Positions 17,667-28,648 of a DNA stretch of 64,000 bases are shown in pieces. The position numbers and the translations under genes were made by a program. Within the stretch, counting starts at the first letter, position 1. Every line of letters begins with the position of its first letter. Source of the stretch: Flavobacteriaceae bacterium (lineage in GTDB: Bacteria > Bacteroidota > Bacteroidia > Flavobacteriales > Flavobacteriaceae); assembly GCA_024638165.1 (NCBI GenBank), contig JAHEKV010000004.1, positions 160,703 to 224,702 on the forward strand. Reading direction: 5' to 3'. The notes beneath the pieces are model-generated. The model was given only the letters and a program-made list of their open reading frames with translations, did not search any database and had not been told where the DNA came from.

Positions 17667-20095
17667 CAAAGTATGTTGAGGTAATTCTTCCTTTAGCTCT
17701 TGATCGTCCGTTCACCTATATCAGTCATGAGTTAGATGTTGACCTTGTCGGCTATAGAGTTATTGTCCCCTTCGGCAGAAACAAATTTTACACAGGGATT
17801 GTAGTTGGTGTAAGTGAGGAAACTCCGACTTATCCAGTTAAAGCGATAGAGGAAGTTCTCGATAATCAGGCCATCGTTAGCAAGGTTCAAATCGAGTTAT
17901 GGAATTGGATTGCCTCGTATTACCTCTGTGGAATTGGAGAGGTGATGCGGGCAGCATTGCCTTCTGCGTTGCTTTTTGAGAGTGAAACGATGGTTCATTT
18001 AATCGATGAAGATTTTAGAAACCGCAAACTCACCGATGACCAATACCTACTTTGTGAACTGCTCGAACAGCAACCCCAAAAGCTGTCTTTTATTCGTAAA
18101 CATGCGGATATTAAAGGGCTGAACAGGTGTCTTAATGATCTCATTGAATTTGAAATTCTAGAGCGATTTGAGCAGATTGAAAATAAAGGGTATCAAAAAT
18201 TTACTCCTTGGTTGGTCTTAGAAGATTCCTCAAAAGCAGAGGAAATTTTAAAACAAACCAAAGCACCTGCACAGCGCGATATGGTGATGCAATTTTTTAG
18301 TGAAGCGAAAGGAACGAACGAAATAGCTTGGTTGCCTTTTGCCAAGAAATATGCCATCAGCACATCTATTCGTAATAGCTTGATTAAAAAGGGTGTATTT
18401 CGTTTAGATTCTAGAGTTTTAGATCGAATTTCAGGTAAAGAGGATGACGAAATAGTCTTCGAACTATCTGATTCACAACAAAAGGCTGTTACAGAAATCA
18501 ACCGAGGTTTTGAGGCTAATAAGCCTGTTTTATTGCATGGGTTGACGGGTTCGGGCAAGACGATGCTTTATATGAGCTTCATTGATGAGGTTCTAAAAGA
18601 AGGAAAACAAGTCTTATTTCTACTACCAGAAATTGCGCTTACTACTTCACTTTGGAAGCGCTTGAACAAGCGATTTTCAAAACAGGTCATTGCCTATAGT
18701 TCGAATCTTTCAACGGTTGAAAAAGCGGAGTTTTGGAATAAGGTTAGAGAAAACTCTGATGAAGCAAAAGTGATCGTAGGTGCAAGGTCTGCATTATTGC
18801 TTCCATTCAATAATCTCGGTTTAATTATTGTCGATGAAGAGCACGACCCCTCTTATAAACAGCATGATCCATCCCCTCGTTATCAAGCGAGAGATCTCGC
18901 CGTTTATTTGGGTCATAAAGAACATTGTCCCATTATTTTAGGATCTGCAACTCCTAGTCTCGAGTCGTTGTATAATGCTGGTTTTGGTGATAACAAGCAA
19001 TCGAAATACCACTATGTACATTTAGGTGAGCGTTTTGGTGAATCTAAATTACCAGACATTCAGATTCTAGATAAAGCGCTTTTGAGAAAGAAAAAACTCA
19101 TGAAGTCCTGGATTTCACAACCCGTAATTGATCAGGTGGTGAAGGTTCTTGGTGAAAAGAAACAAGTCCTTTTCTTTCAGAATCGCAGGGGATTCTCAAG
19201 TTTGTTAGAATGTTTAGATTGTGGCCATATCCCTGGATGTAAGAATTGTGATGTAAGTCTCACCTTTCACCGATTAGATCAATCGTTAAGATGTCATTAC
19301 TGTGGTTATTCTGAAAGCGTAGCGAATCACTGTACAAAATGCCATTCCCCCTCCTTAGATAAACATGGACTGGGTACGCAACAGGTTGAGGAGTTAGTGA
19401 AAGAATTGTTTCCTGACTCCAAAGTGGGTCGAATGGACAGAGATACTCAGAAAGGTAAGTCGGGCCACCAAAAGCTTCTTGAAAAATTCGAAAATCAAGA
19501 TTTGCAGATTTTGGTAGGAACACAAATGGTCAGTAAAGGGCTTGATTTTAAGAATATTGGTTTGGTCGTTGTGGTGAATGCAGATCAGCTATTACACAGA
19601 GCAGATTACAGGGCTCATGAGCGTGCCTTTCAACAATTGACTCAGGTCTCGGGTAGAGCTGGGAGAACTTCAGAAACCTCAAAAGTTCTCATCCAGACCT
19701 TTGATCCCAATCATCGGGTATTTCGAAGTTTACAAGATCGAAACGTATCTGAATTCATAGCCAATGAATTTGCCGAGCGGAGACTGTTTAATTATCCGCC
19801 CTATGTCAGGATGATTAAGATTCAATTCTTAGCCAAGCAAGTATCCTTAGCAATCGAAGGTGCCTCTTGGTTCGCAAAAGGGGTGCGTCAAATAAATGGA
19901 GTAGTAGTCTTAGGAAACGATGCACCCACCATTGAGAAAATTAGAAACCAGTATTATCAACAGGTACTGATCAAGGCACCCCTTAATTACCCGATGTCTT
20001 CGCTTAAGAAACAATTGCTGCGTTTCAAGAAATCTTTTGATAATGTTCCCGGATTTTCAAAAATTCAGGTAATATTTCACGTAGACCACATCTAG
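17663..20095 (+). CDS. priA: primosomal replication-restart helicase PriA
   Basis: 810 aa. Walker A GLTGSGKT, DEEH box, and a Cys-rich zinc insert (CLDCGHIPGCKNC...CHYCG). ATGA overlap with the yihY-like gene. Confidence 0.95.
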   Translation: MTKYVEVILPLALDRPFTYISHELDVDLVGYRVIVPFGRNKFYTGIVVGVSEETPTYPVKAIEEVLDNQAIVSKVQIELWNWIASYYLCGIGEVMRAALPSALLFESETMVHLIDEDFRNRKLTDDQYLLCELLEQQPQKLSFIRKHADIKGLNRCLNDLIEFEILERFEQIENKGYQKFTPWLVLEDSSKAEEILKQTKAPAQRDMVMQFFSEAKGTNEIAWLPFAKKYAISTSIRNSLIKKGVFRLDSRVLDRISGKEDDEIVFELSDSQQKAVTEINRGFEANKPVLLHGLTGSGKTMLYMSFIDEVLKEGKQVLFLLPEIALTTSLWKRLNKRFSKQVIAYSSNLSTVEKAEFWNKVRENSDEAKVIVGARSALLLPFNNLGLIIVDEEHDPSYKQHDPSPRYQARDLAVYLGHKEHCPIILGSATPSLESLYNAGFGDNKQSKYHYVHLGERFGESKLPDIQILDKALLRKKKLMKSWISQPVIDQVVKVLGEKKQVLFFQNRRGFSSLLECLDCGHIPGCKNCDVSLTFHRLDQSLRCHYCGYSESVANHCTKCHSPSLDKHGLGTQQVEELVKELFPDSKVGRMDRDTQKGKSGHQKLLEKFENQDLQILVGTQMVSKGLDFKNIGLVVVVNADQLLHRADYRAHERAFQQLTQVSGRAGRTSETSKVLIQTFDPNHRVFRSLQDRNVSEFIANEFAERRLFNYPPYVRMIKIQFLAKQVSLAIEGASWFAKGVRQINGVVVLGNDAPTIEKIRNQYYQQVLIKAPLNYPMSSLKKQLLRFKKSFDNVPGFSKIQVIFHVDHI

Positions 20096-20142
20096 AGAGA
20101 TAGATACTTTTCAAAATGCTTGTATAATGTGCATTTAAAACT

Positions 20143-20150
20143 TATTTTTG
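20143..20150 (+). promoter_or_regulatory. -7 box TATTTTTG for rpsF-rpsR-rplI
   Basis: 22 nt upstream of ATG 20173. A TTG at 20120..20122 lies at a plausible -33 distance. Confidence 0.55.
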
Positions 20151-20172
20151 CACGCATTTTTAACTCATTATA

Positions 20173-20508
20173 ATGAACCAATACGAAACTGTTTTCATTT
20201 TGAATCCCGTTCTATCTGACACTCAGGTAGAGGAAACAGCCAAGAAGTTTGAGAGCTTCTTAACAGAGCGTGGTGCTAAGTTTGTTGCCAAAGAAAACTG
20301 GGGACTTAAAAAACTAGCTTACCCAATTCAAAACAAAAAGAGTGGTTTTTACCATTTGTTTGAATTTCAAGCTCCGGCTGAATCGATTAACGAATTAGAG
20401 CTTGAATTTCGCCGTGATGAGCGAGTAATGCGCTATTTAACTGTAAAGTTAGATAAGCATGCGATCGCTTGGGCTGAGAAGAGAAGACAAAAACTTAAAA
20501 CTGCTTAA
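20173..20508 (+). CDS. rpsF: 30S ribosomal protein S6
   Basis: [12 protein letters not shown] is a typical S6 N-terminus. First gene of rpsF-rpsR-rplI. Confidence 0.95.
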   Translation: MNQYETVFILNPVLSDTQVEETAKKFESFLTERGAKFVAKENWGLKKLAYPIQNKKSGFYHLFEFQAPAESINELELEFRRDERVMRYLTVKLDKHAIAWAEKRRQKLKTA

Positions 20509-20510
20509 TT

Positions 20511-20807
20511 ATGTCAACTATTGAACAACAAGCTAAAGGAAAAAAAGATGGCGAAATTCGCTATTTAACTCCTTTAAATATTGACACACAGAAAGAGAAG
20601 AAGTACTGTAGATTTAAAAAATCAGGGATTAAGTATATTGATTACAAAGACCCAGATTTCTTATTGAAGCTAGTGAATGAACAAGGTAAAATCTTACCTC
20701 GTCGTTTAACAGGAACTTCACTGAAATACCAACGTAAAGTATCACAAGCTATCAAACGTGCTCGTCACCTTGCACTTATGCCATATGTTGGCGATATGCT
20801 TAAATAA
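20511..20807 (+). CDS. rpsR: 30S ribosomal protein S18
   Basis: Contains [33 protein letters not shown]. Confidence 0.95.
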   Translation: MSTIEQQAKGKKDGEIRYLTPLNIDTQKEKKYCRFKKSGIKYIDYKDPDFLLKLVNEQGKILPRRLTGTSLKYQRKVSQAIKRARHLALMPYVGDMLK

Positions 20808-20816
20808 GAAAACGAT

Positions 20817-21266
20817 ATGGAGATTATTTTAAAAGAAGACGTTCAGAACCTAGGGTTTAAGGACGATATCGTTTCAGTAAAGAATGGTTATGGTCGTAAC
20901 TTTCTGATCCCTAAAGGTCTTGCAGTTCTTGCAACACCATCGGCTCGTAAAGTTCACGCAGAAAATTTAAAGCAACGTGCACATAAAGAAGCGCAATTGA
21001 TTGCTGAGGCTAAATCTATGGCTGAAAAAATCAATGCCATTGCTCTTAAAATTAGTGCTAAAGTAGGTGCTGGAGATAAGCTTTTCGGTTCGGTATCTAA
21101 TATCGATTTAGAAGCTGGGCTTTCGAAAGAAGGTGTATCTATTGACAGAAAGTATATCATTGTACAAGGAGGTTCTGTTAAACGTCTAGGATCATACGTT
21201 GCAAAGGTTAGACTTCACCGTGAAGTATCTGCTGATCTAGCATTCGAAGTTGTTGCCGAGGCATAA
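20817..21266 (+). CDS. rplI: 50S ribosomal protein L9
   Basis: Starts MEIILKEDVQNLGFKDDIVSVKNGYGRNFLIP. Confidence 0.95.
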   Translation: MEIILKEDVQNLGFKDDIVSVKNGYGRNFLIPKGLAVLATPSARKVHAENLKQRAHKEAQLIAEAKSMAEKINAIALKISAKVGAGDKLFGSVSNIDLEAGLSKEGVSIDRKYIIVQGGSVKRLGSYVAKVRLHREVSADLAFEVVAEA

Positions 21267-21292
21267 CTTTTCAAATAATATTTGAACAGATT

Positions 21293-21316
21293 AAGGGCCT
21301 TTATGGCCCTTTTTTT
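21293..21316 (+). terminator. intrinsic terminator after rplI
   Basis: AAGGGCC-TTTAT-GGCCCTT followed by TTTTT. Confidence 0.8.
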
Positions 21317-21321
21317 ATACT

Positions 21322-21798
21322 ATGAAATACCAGAGATTAAGCAAAGAACAGTTCGAGATATTAGCAGAGGAATTCTCTAAATTTCTTGCCGTTCATGGGA
21401 TTGATAAACAGGAATGGGAGCATCTTCAATTGAAGGATGGAAACCGTGTTGATGAAATTCTTGATGAGTTTAGTGATATCATATGGAAAGGAGTACTTTC
21501 TAAGGTGAATTATTTAGAAAACCTCTCAGAGCATTTTATTTACTTGTTTTCGAGAGAGGATAATGGACTTGAACTTATTGCGGTTGAGGCCCAAGTGGCA
21601 GGATTAGATCTAAGAACCTCAGAAGGATTTACTTGGTTAAAGAAAAATTTCCTTGACGAACGTGTCATTTATCGTCGAGCAACGAAGGCATATTCGGAGG
21701 ATCCCCATAAGGATCTATTCGAATTGATTCAAAAAGGTGCGGTTATCACCCAAGGGGAACTGTATCTTTGGTTCAAGGATTGGTTAGATAATAATTAA
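21322..21798 (+). CDS. acidic cytoplasmic protein of unknown function
   Basis: 158-aa ORF with no signal peptide or TM helix. It ends 3 nt before hisS. I recognise no motif. Confidence 0.55.
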   Translation: MKYQRLSKEQFEILAEEFSKFLAVHGIDKQEWEHLQLKDGNRVDEILDEFSDIIWKGVLSKVNYLENLSEHFIYLFSREDNGLELIAVEAQVAGLDLRTSEGFTWLKKNFLDERVIYRRATKAYSEDPHKDLFELIQKGAVITQGELYLWFKDWLDNN

Positions 21799-21801
21799 GA
21801 T

Positions 21802-23190
21802 ATGGCAACATCGGCATCAGTAGCGCGAGGTACAAGGGATTTTTTCGGAGATGAATTAATTCGTAGATCTTATATCATTGAGGTCATAGAAGGCGCATTT
21901 AAGAGATTCGGGTTTTCAGCGATTCAAACACCTAGTTTCGAGAATTTAGACACCCTTATGGGTAAGTATGGTGAAGAAGGGGATCGATTGATTTTTAAAA
22001 TATTAAAATCAGGTGATTATCTATCGAAAGTTAGCGACCAGGATCGTACCGAACTTACTTCTTCTGCGATGACCTCTCAGATTAGTGATAAGGCACTAAG
22101 ATACGATTTGACCGTGCCTTTTGCTCGATTTGTTGTACAACACCAAAATGAACTTGCACTACCCTTTAAGAGATATCAAATTCAACCCGTTTGGCGTGCA
22201 GATCGGCCTCAAAAGGGTCGATTCAGAGAGTTTTATCAATGCGACGCAGATGTTGTAGGAGCGAAGTCTTTATGGCAAGAGGTTGATCTTATACAGTTGT
22301 ATGATACGGTATTTTCAGAATTGGGCTTATTGGGTGATCAGCACCCGACACTAAGATTCAATCATCGAAAGATATTAGCTGGGATTGCTGAATGTTTTGG
22401 AATCGAAGATCAACTTATTCCATTTACTGTAGCCTTAGATAAATTAGATAAAATCGGTGCTGAAGGGGTTTTAAAAGAACTTAATGAGTTAGGTTTGAGT
22501 GATTCGGTTTTAGAAAAGGTGGACGCCTTTTTAAAAGTGGAATCGAACTTAATTAAACAGTTGAATTTTCTAGACGATTTGTTTGTTCATTCAGAACAGG
22601 GGAGGATAGGAGTAGACGAAATACGTTTCTTACTCGATCAGCTTGAGGCAGTTCGTTTAGAGTCTATCACCTTGAAATTAGATCTTACTTTAGCTAGAGG
22701 TCTTAATTATTATACCGGAATCATTTTTGAAGTATCTGCTCCTGAAGGAGTTCAGATGGGTTCTATTGGTGGTGGAGGTCGTTACGATAATTTAACCAGT
22801 CAATTCGGTGGCCAAGCATTAGGAGGAGTTGGGATTTCTTTTGGTCTAGATCGAATCTATTTAGTCTTAGAGGCGTTGGGTTTATTTCCAGAAAACGTTT
22901 CAGATCGACTAGATGTATTCATCATCAATTACGATGATCAAAGTTCAAAAAAGCTATTGCCATTTATCCAAAAGCTTAGAAAAGCAGGTATATCAGTGGA
23001 ATTGTATCCATTAGCGACCAAAATTCAGAAGCAATTTAAATACTTGGATAAACGGACCGCTCAATTAGTTCTATTCCCTAAATCCGAACTCTTAGCTGAA
23101 GATAAGATTGAGGTTAAGAATCTCGCAAGTGGTGAGGTTAGTATTCTTGAAATCTCTGAAATAGATCAAATAAAAAAGGCCCTTAAGTAA
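21802..23190 (+). CDS. hisS: histidine--tRNA ligase
   Basis: Class II HisRS motifs RYDLTVPFAR, REFYQCDAD and GGGGRYDNL. Confidence 0.95.
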   Translation: MATSASVARGTRDFFGDELIRRSYIIEVIEGAFKRFGFSAIQTPSFENLDTLMGKYGEEGDRLIFKILKSGDYLSKVSDQDRTELTSSAMTSQISDKALRYDLTVPFARFVVQHQNELALPFKRYQIQPVWRADRPQKGRFREFYQCDADVVGAKSLWQEVDLIQLYDTVFSELGLLGDQHPTLRFNHRKILAGIAECFGIEDQLIPFTVALDKLDKIGAEGVLKELNELGLSDSVLEKVDAFLKVESNLIKQLNFLDDLFVHSEQGRIGVDEIRFLLDQLEAVRLESITLKLDLTLARGLNYYTGIIFEVSAPEGVQMGSIGGGGRYDNLTSQFGGQALGGVGISFGLDRIYLVLEALGLFPENVSDRLDVFIINYDDQSSKKLLPFIQKLRKAGISVELYPLATKIQKQFKYLDKRTAQLVLFPKSELLAEDKIEVKNLASGEVSILEISEIDQIKKALK

Positions 23191-23200
23191 GGGCCTTTTT
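23172..23200. terminator. bidirectional intrinsic terminator between convergent hisS and the M42 peptidase gene
   Basis: AAAAA-AGGCCCTTA-AG-TAAGGGCCT-TTTT. A perfect 9-bp arm flanked by an A-run and a T-run. It overlaps the hisS stop codon. Confidence 0.8.
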
Positions 23201-23202
23201 GG

Positions 23203-24291
23203 TTAATCAAAATAAGAGAACGATTCTCCTGCTTTTATTTTCTGTACACTGTGGTAGATTAGTCGAATGACATTTGCTACGTCTTCTTTATGAACGGTTT
23301 CAACCGTAGTATGCATATACCTTAGTGGTAAAGAAATGAGCGCTGAAGCTACTCCGCCATTACTATAAGCGAATGCATCGGTGTCAGTACCTGTATAACG
23401 TGAAGACGCATGACGCTGGAACGGTATCTCATTTGCTTCTGCCGCTTCAATAATTCGTTCTCTAAGGATATGATGAATAGCCGGCGCATAGGATATTACA
23501 GGACCGTCACCAATTTTACTTTCTCCCTGCTCAATTTTGCTGATCATCGGAGTAGTAGTGTCATGACAAACGTCGGTGATGATAGCCGCATTAGGTTTGA
23601 TTCGTTGGGTAATCATCTCTGCACCTCTTAAACCAATTTCCTCTTGTACAGAATTGGTGATATACAGACCGAACGGAAGTTCAATATTATTCTCTTTGAG
23701 TAAACGAGCTACTTGTGCGATCATAAAACCACCGGCACGGTTATCTAAAGCACGACAAACGAATTGATTTTTATTAAGAATTTTAAAACTGTCAGGATAA
23801 GTAATCACGCATCCGACGTGTACACCCATCTCTTCAACTTCTTTTTTGTCTTTCGCGCCGATGTCAATAAAGATGTTTTCAAGTTTCGGGTTTTCTTCTT
23901 TACCTGGTTTGCGAGTGTGAATGGCTGGCCATCCAAATACTCCTTCAACAATGCCCTTTTTAGTATGAATATTCACCCATTTAGAGGGAGCAATTTGGTG
24001 GTCACTACCTCCATTTCGAATCACATAAATGAGGCCATTGTCAGAGATATAATTCACATACCATGAAATCTCATCAGAATGAGCTTCAATGACTACTTTG
24101 TACTCTGCTTTGGGGTTGATGACACCTACCGCAGTGCCATACGTATCTGTAATGAATTCGTCTACGTAGGGCCTTAGATAATTCATCCAGATTTGTTGTC
24201 CTTGTGCTTCGTATCCCGTAGGAGAGGCATTGTTTAGGTAATCTTCTAAAAATTTTAGTGCCTCATCATTAAGTATATGATCTGTTTTCAT
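23203..24291 (-). CDS. M42 family metallopeptidase (FrvX/glutamyl aminopeptidase-like)
   Basis: 362 aa. Layout and metal-ligand-like motifs HSDEIS and SVQEEIGLRGA. Confidence 0.8.
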   Translation of the reverse strand: MKTDHILNDEALKFLEDYLNNASPTGYEAQGQQIWMNYLRPYVDEFITDTYGTAVGVINPKAEYKVVIEAHSDEISWYVNYISDNGLIYVIRNGGSDHQIAPSKWVNIHTKKGIVEGVFGWPAIHTRKPGKEENPKLENIFIDIGAKDKKEVEEMGVHVGCVITYPDSFKILNKNQFVCRALDNRAGGFMIAQVARLLKENNIELPFGLYITNSVQEEIGLRGAEMITQRIKPNAAIITDVCHDTTTPMISKIEQGESKIGDGPVISYAPAIHHILRERIIEAAEANEIPFQRHASSRYTGTDTDAFAYSNGGVASALISLPLRYMHTTVETVHKEDVANVIRLIYHSVQKIKAGESFSYFD

Positions 24292-24298
24292 CTAAGAA

Positions 24299-24306
24299 TA
24301 ATTTTG
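24299..24306 (+). promoter_or_regulatory. -7 box TAATTTTG for the DUF4294-like gene
   Basis: 19 nt upstream of ATG 24326. Confidence 0.5.
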
Positions 24307-24325
24307 ATCTAAATTTACAAATACT

Positions 24326-24982
24326 ATGACGGCTTCGAGAAGAAATTATTCGCTATTTCTATTATTTATCACCATTTGCTCGGCATCCTTTTCACAAGTA
24401 ATTCATTCTGAAACGGGGTCAGAGGAGACCGAATACTACGGTGCAATTTCTCTTGATGAAGTCTATGTTTTGTCTCCCCTTCAATTTGAATCAAACACCC
24501 AGCTAAACCAATATTATCGATTACGGATGCGTGTTCTTAAAGTGTTCAAATACGCTGTGCTTGCTGAAGATCGATTAAAAACGGTAGAGGATCGCTTGAG
24601 TAACTTGAAAAGGAAGGGGCAGAAAAGGGCTTATACTAAAAGAGTTAAAAAGTATTTAGAGACTGAACTTACTGAACCACTCAAAAAACTTTCTCGCAAT
24701 GATGGTAAAGTACTCATTCGCTTAATCGATAGACAAACGGGTTATAGCGCGTTTGACCTAGTGAAAACCTTCAGAAATGGTTGGACCGCATTTTGGTACC
24801 AAACCGCTGCATCCGCGTACAAAATGAATTTGAAAGAGGCATATAACCCCTATGAGAATCTTGAGGATTATTGGATTGAAGATATTCTTCAAAGGGCTTT
24901 TACTGCCGGTACTTTGCCCTATCGTGAAGCGCTACACCCAATAGATTTGGCATTGATGGAAGAAATATGGAGGGCAAATTAG
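24326..24982 (+). CDS. exported DUF4294-like protein
   Basis: Signal peptide ending SASFS|Q. LKKLSRNDGKVLIRLIDRQTGYSAFDLVKTFRNGWTAFWYQ matches my recollection of DUF4294. Confidence 0.7.
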   Translation: MTASRRNYSLFLLFITICSASFSQVIHSETGSEETEYYGAISLDEVYVLSPLQFESNTQLNQYYRLRMRVLKVFKYAVLAEDRLKTVEDRLSNLKRKGQKRAYTKRVKKYLETELTEPLKKLSRNDGKVLIRLIDRQTGYSAFDLVKTFRNGWTAFWYQTAASAYKMNLKEAYNPYENLEDYWIEDILQRAFTAGTLPYREALHPIDLALMEEIWRAN

Positions 24983-25200
24983 CTTTTGTCGCTAAATAGC
25001 CCCTCCATCATTTTTTTAATTGCCTTGAAGCCAAAATAAATAGCCAAAAGACTCAAAACTATTCCTGTGATGAGTACAGGTATAAAAAGCGAATGGCTCT
25101 GATTTTTAAATGCACTACTGAGCACAACCGGCCCTAGGGCCATAAATAGCAATGCTCTTAGCCAAATCATTAGGCCTTTCTGTAGTACAGCTTTGTCCAT
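24979..25200 (-). CDS. small two-TM membrane protein
   Basis: 73 aa with two hydrophobic helices. It starts 1 nt after the icd stop on the same strand. Confidence 0.5.
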   Translation of the reverse strand: MDKAVLQKGLMIWLRALLFMALGPVVLSSAFKNQSHSLFIPVLITGIVLSLLAIYFGFKAIKKMMEGLFSDKS

Positions 25201-25201
25201 T

Positions 25202-27421
25202 TTATGCCAAGTGCTCCTCTAAAAGGTTATTTAAGATTTTACTTGGGCACATAGCCTTGGTTGCCTTATTCGCATCAAGGGTGTAATATCCACCTAAATC
25301 TTGTGACTGACCTTGGGTCGTATTGATTTCACTTAAAATCTGATCACTCAAAGAATCAATAGCAGTATGGAGGTTCTCGAATTTAACTTTGTCGTTTAAG
25401 CTCGATTGTGCTAATGCCTCAATCCAGAATTTAACTAGGTAGAAATGACTTCCTCTTGTATCGAGTTCACCTACTTTACGCTTAGGACCTTTGTCCTCAT
25501 CTAGTAGTTTTTCTACGGCTGCACCTAAAGCATCAGAGTAAACTTGAATCTCATCAGATTGGTTTTGTTGTCCAACAAATTCTAATGCGACTTGAAGAGC
25601 AAGAAACTCTCCTAAAGAATCCCAACGAAGGTGACCCTCTTCAACAAATTGCTCCACATGTTTTGGGGCAGACCCACCTGCTCCTGTTTCAAATAATCCT
25701 CCACCATTCATAAGTGGTACGATTGAAAGCATCTTGGCCGAAGTTCCAACCTCTAAAATTGGGAAAAGATCGGTTAAGTAATCTCTAAGCACATTACCGG
25801 TTACCGAAATGGTGTCTAGGCCATTTTTTAATCTATCTAGTGTAAATAGCGTAGCTTCTTTTGGACTTAATATTCGTAAATCTAAACCAGCCGTATCTTC
25901 TTTGGTTAGATAAGCCTCTACTTTTTTGATCAATTCTCTATCGTGTGCACGGTCACTATCTAACCAAAAAACAGCAGGTGTATTGCTTAATCGTGCGCGC
26001 TCAACTGCTAAAGAAACCCAATTTCTTATCGGAGCATCCTTAACCTGGCACATTCTGAAGATGTCACCTTTTTCAACAGATTGTTCTTGTAGAATAGTAC
26101 CATCTTTATCTATTACTCGAACCACTCCGGCTTCAGAGAGTTCAAAAGTCTTATCATGAGAACCATATTCTTCAGCCTTTTGGGCCATCAGTCCGATATT
26201 TGGAACAGTACCCATTTCTCTTGGATCAAAAGCTCCGTTCTCTTTACAGTAATCAATGGTTGATTGGTAAACCGCAGCATAAGAACTATCGGGGATTACA
26301 GCTTTAGTATCTCGCGATTGACCGTTTTTGTCCCACATTTGACCTGAGTTTCTAATCATAGCAGGCATCGAAGCATCGATGATTACATCACTAGGTACAT
26401 GAAGGTTAGTAATTCCTTTATCTGAATTTACCATTGCTAGATCGGCCTTGGTTTCCATTAGTTTGTCGAAACTCGCTTTGATCTCCTTAGCTAAATCAGT
26501 ATCAGGTAATTCATTAAGTTTATTGAAGATGCTCTGAAGACCTTCATTGGCATTGATACCATGCTCCGCGAAGATTCCTTGGTATTTTTCAAAAACTTCT
26601 TCGAAGTATATTTCGATAATATGACCGAAAAGAATGGGGTCAGACACCTTCATCATCGTTGCCTTAAGGTGAGCTGAAAGTAGAAGACCTTTAGAGGTGG
26701 CATCGTTGATTTCATTTTTCAGAAATGTTCGTAGCTGAGATACCGACATCTTTGTAGTATCAAAGATTTCACCCTCTTGAATGGCAATATCTTTTTTGAG
26801 TAGGGAAGAGTTACCTTCATTAGAAACAAACTCAATAGTTACCTCAGTAGCCTTTCTGCTGGTAATTGACTTTTCATTGCTTTTGAAATCTCCTTTACTC
26901 ATTGTGCTCACGTGGCTCATGCTTTCTGAAGACCATGCGCCCATTGAGTGTGGATGTTTCTTAGCGTAATTCTTCACCGCTAATGGGGCGCGACGATCAG
27001 AATTACCTTCTCTTAAAACAGGATTAACGGCACTACCTTTTACCTTGTCATATAAGGCTTTGATTTCCTTTTCATCTTCACTATTCACTGTATCTGGATA
27101 ATCAGGAAGGTTAAATCCTTTTTCTTGAAGCTCCTTTATCGCCGCTTTAAGCTGAGGGATAGATGCGCTGATGTTAGGCAGTTTAATAATCGTAGTATCT
27201 GGTTCTTTAGCTAGAGCGCCAAGTGCACTTAAGGCATCTTCAACTACTTGACTTTCGGGTAGTCGATGATTAAATGCTGCGAGAATTCTAGCAGATAGAG
27301 AAATATCTTTCACCAAAAACTCTATACCTGTAGACTTTGTGATGGCCTTTACCATCGGAAGAAAAGAAAAAGTCGCTAAAGCAGGAGCTTCATCGGTTAG
27401 AGTGTAATAGATTTTATTCAT
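25202..27421 (-). CDS. icd: NADP-dependent isocitrate dehydrogenase, monomeric type
   Basis: 739 aa. The N-terminus [19 protein letters not shown] is characteristic of the ~80 kDa monomeric IDH family. Confidence 0.9.
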   Translation of the reverse strand: MNKIYYTLTDEAPALATFSFLPMVKAITKSTGIEFLVKDISLSARILAAFNHRLPESQVVEDALSALGALAKEPDTTIIKLPNISASIPQLKAAIKELQEKGFNLPDYPDTVNSEDEKEIKALYDKVKGSAVNPVLREGNSDRRAPLAVKNYAKKHPHSMGAWSSESMSHVSTMSKGDFKSNEKSITSRKATEVTIEFVSNEGNSSLLKKDIAIQEGEIFDTTKMSVSQLRTFLKNEINDATSKGLLLSAHLKATMMKVSDPILFGHIIEIYFEEVFEKYQGIFAEHGINANEGLQSIFNKLNELPDTDLAKEIKASFDKLMETKADLAMVNSDKGITNLHVPSDVIIDASMPAMIRNSGQMWDKNGQSRDTKAVIPDSSYAAVYQSTIDYCKENGAFDPREMGTVPNIGLMAQKAEEYGSHDKTFELSEAGVVRVIDKDGTILQEQSVEKGDIFRMCQVKDAPIRNWVSLAVERARLSNTPAVFWLDSDRAHDRELIKKVEAYLTKEDTAGLDLRILSPKEATLFTLDRLKNGLDTISVTGNVLRDYLTDLFPILEVGTSAKMLSIVPLMNGGGLFETGAGGSAPKHVEQFVEEGHLRWDSLGEFLALQVALEFVGQQNQSDEIQVYSDALGAAVEKLLDEDKGPKRKVGELDTRGSHFYLVKFWIEALAQSSLNDKVKFENLHTAIDSLSDQILSEINTTQGQSQDLGGYYTLDANKATKAMCPSKILNNLLEEHLA

Positions 27422-27452
27422 TGATCATTGGTTTTAAGCCAAATTGGCGTGG

Positions 27453-27460
27453 CAAATATA
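27453..27460 (-). promoter_or_regulatory. -7 box TATATTTG for icd
   Basis: Plus strand reads CAAATATA. 31 nt upstream of ATG 27421. Confidence 0.4.
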
Positions 27461-27466
27461 AGACAC

Positions 27467-27499
27467 AAAAAAAGCCGTGAAAACAACTTCGCACGGCTT
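27467..27499 (-). terminator. intrinsic terminator after rplS
   Basis: The minus strand reads AAGCCGTG, a 12-nt loop, CACGGCTT, then a T-run. Confidence 0.75.
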
Positions 27500-27519
27500 A
27501 ACAAATGATAAGAAATCAG

Positions 27520-27870
27520 TTAGTTTCTGATTTCTTTGATTCTAGCTTTTTTACCAGTTAAGCTGCGGAAGTAGAAGATACGTGAACGTCTAACTTTACC
27601 TCTCTTGTTCACTTCAATTTTCTGAAGTGCTGGCATATTCATAGGGAAGATACGTTCAACACCTACGGTTCCAGACATCTTACGGATAGTAAAGGTCTCA
27701 GTAGATCCTGAACCTTTAATTTGAATAACTACCCCTTTGAAGAACTGAGTACGTGTTTTCTCTCCTTCTTTAATTTCGTAATATACAGTAATCGTATCAC
27801 CGGCTCCAAACTTTGGGAATTCCTTCTGCGCCACTGCGGTGTTTTCTACGTATTGAACTAAATTTTCCAT
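27520..27870 (-). CDS. rplS: 50S ribosomal protein L19
   Basis: 116 aa. FKGVVIQIKGSGSTETFTIRK. Downstream of trmD. Confidence 0.95.
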   Translation of the reverse strand: MENLVQYVENTAVAQKEFPKFGAGDTITVYYEIKEGEKTRTQFFKGVVIQIKGSGSTETFTIRKMSGTVGVERIFPMNMPALQKIEVNKRGKVRRSRIFYFRSLTGKKARIKEIRN

Positions 27871-27893
27871 TTGGAATGCTTTAAAACTGGGTG

Positions 27894-27901
27894 CAAAAAT
27901 A
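27894..27901 (-). promoter_or_regulatory. -7 box TATTTTTG for rplS (internal promoter between trmD and rplS)
   Basis: Plus strand reads CAAAAATA. 23 nt upstream of ATG 27870. Confidence 0.5.
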
Positions 27902-27945
27902 GTGTTTTATTTAAAATTAGCAATCACCTAGACTTAAAAAATTAC

Positions 27946-28620
27946 TTATTTTAATAAGTCAGGTCTGCGCTCCTTAGTTCTTTTGATGGCCTCCTCTTCG
28001 TTCCAAGTTTCAATAGCCTTAAAATTGCCGCTCATTAGTACCTCTGGCACTCTTAAACCTTTGAATTCTGATGGTCTTGTATACACGGGTGGAGCTAGCA
28101 GAGAATCTTGAAAAGAATCGCTTAAGGCAGACTCCATATCCCCTAAAACTCCAGGTAACAATCGAACAATACTATCTGTTAATACTGCTGCGGCTATTTC
28201 TCCGCCTGATAAAACAAAGTCACCAATAGAAATCTCATGGGTTACCCAAAGATCTCTGATACGCTGATCTATACCCTTGTAGTGACCGCATATCATAATG
28301 ATATTCCCTTTAAGTGAAAATTGGTTAGCCGCGTTTTGCGTCCATAACTCTCCATCAGGCGTAAGATAAACAATCGCATCGTAGGTTCGCCGCTCCGATA
28401 ACTTGGTTAACATTCGATCTAAGGGTTCTGCCATTAAAACCATTCCTGCCGCTCCTCCATAAGGATAGTCGTCGATCTGTCGATACTTTCCTAAGCCCTC
28501 ATCACGAAGGGAATGTATTTGTAGCTCAAATAATTTTTTCTCAACCGCTCTTTTGACAATGGAATGTCCTAAAAGACTATCTAATAAGTCTGGAACGGCA
28601 GTTATGATATCTATTCTCAA
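27946..28620 (-). CDS. trmD: tRNA (guanine37-N1)-methyltransferase
   Basis: MRIDIITAVP... and GGEIAAAVLTDSIVRLLPGVLG. Confidence 0.95.
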   Translation of the reverse strand: MRIDIITAVPDLLDSLLGHSIVKRAVEKKLFELQIHSLRDEGLGKYRQIDDYPYGGAAGMVLMAEPLDRMLTKLSERRTYDAIVYLTPDGELWTQNAANQFSLKGNIIMICGHYKGIDQRIRDLWVTHEISIGDFVLSGGEIAAAVLTDSIVRLLPGVLGDMESALSDSFQDSLLAPPVYTRPSEFKGLRVPEVLMSGNFKAIETWNEEEAIKRTKERRPDLLK

Positions 28621-28648
28621 AATCGAATGATCAAGTTAAACCGCAAAA

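Noticed and set aside
21293-23200. The rplI and hisS terminator hairpins share the same GGGCC/GGCCC core, which could suggest a REP-like repeated element.
   Set aside because: There are only two copies, with opposite arm order and different loops. Short GC cores are generic for intrinsic terminators in AT-rich genomes.
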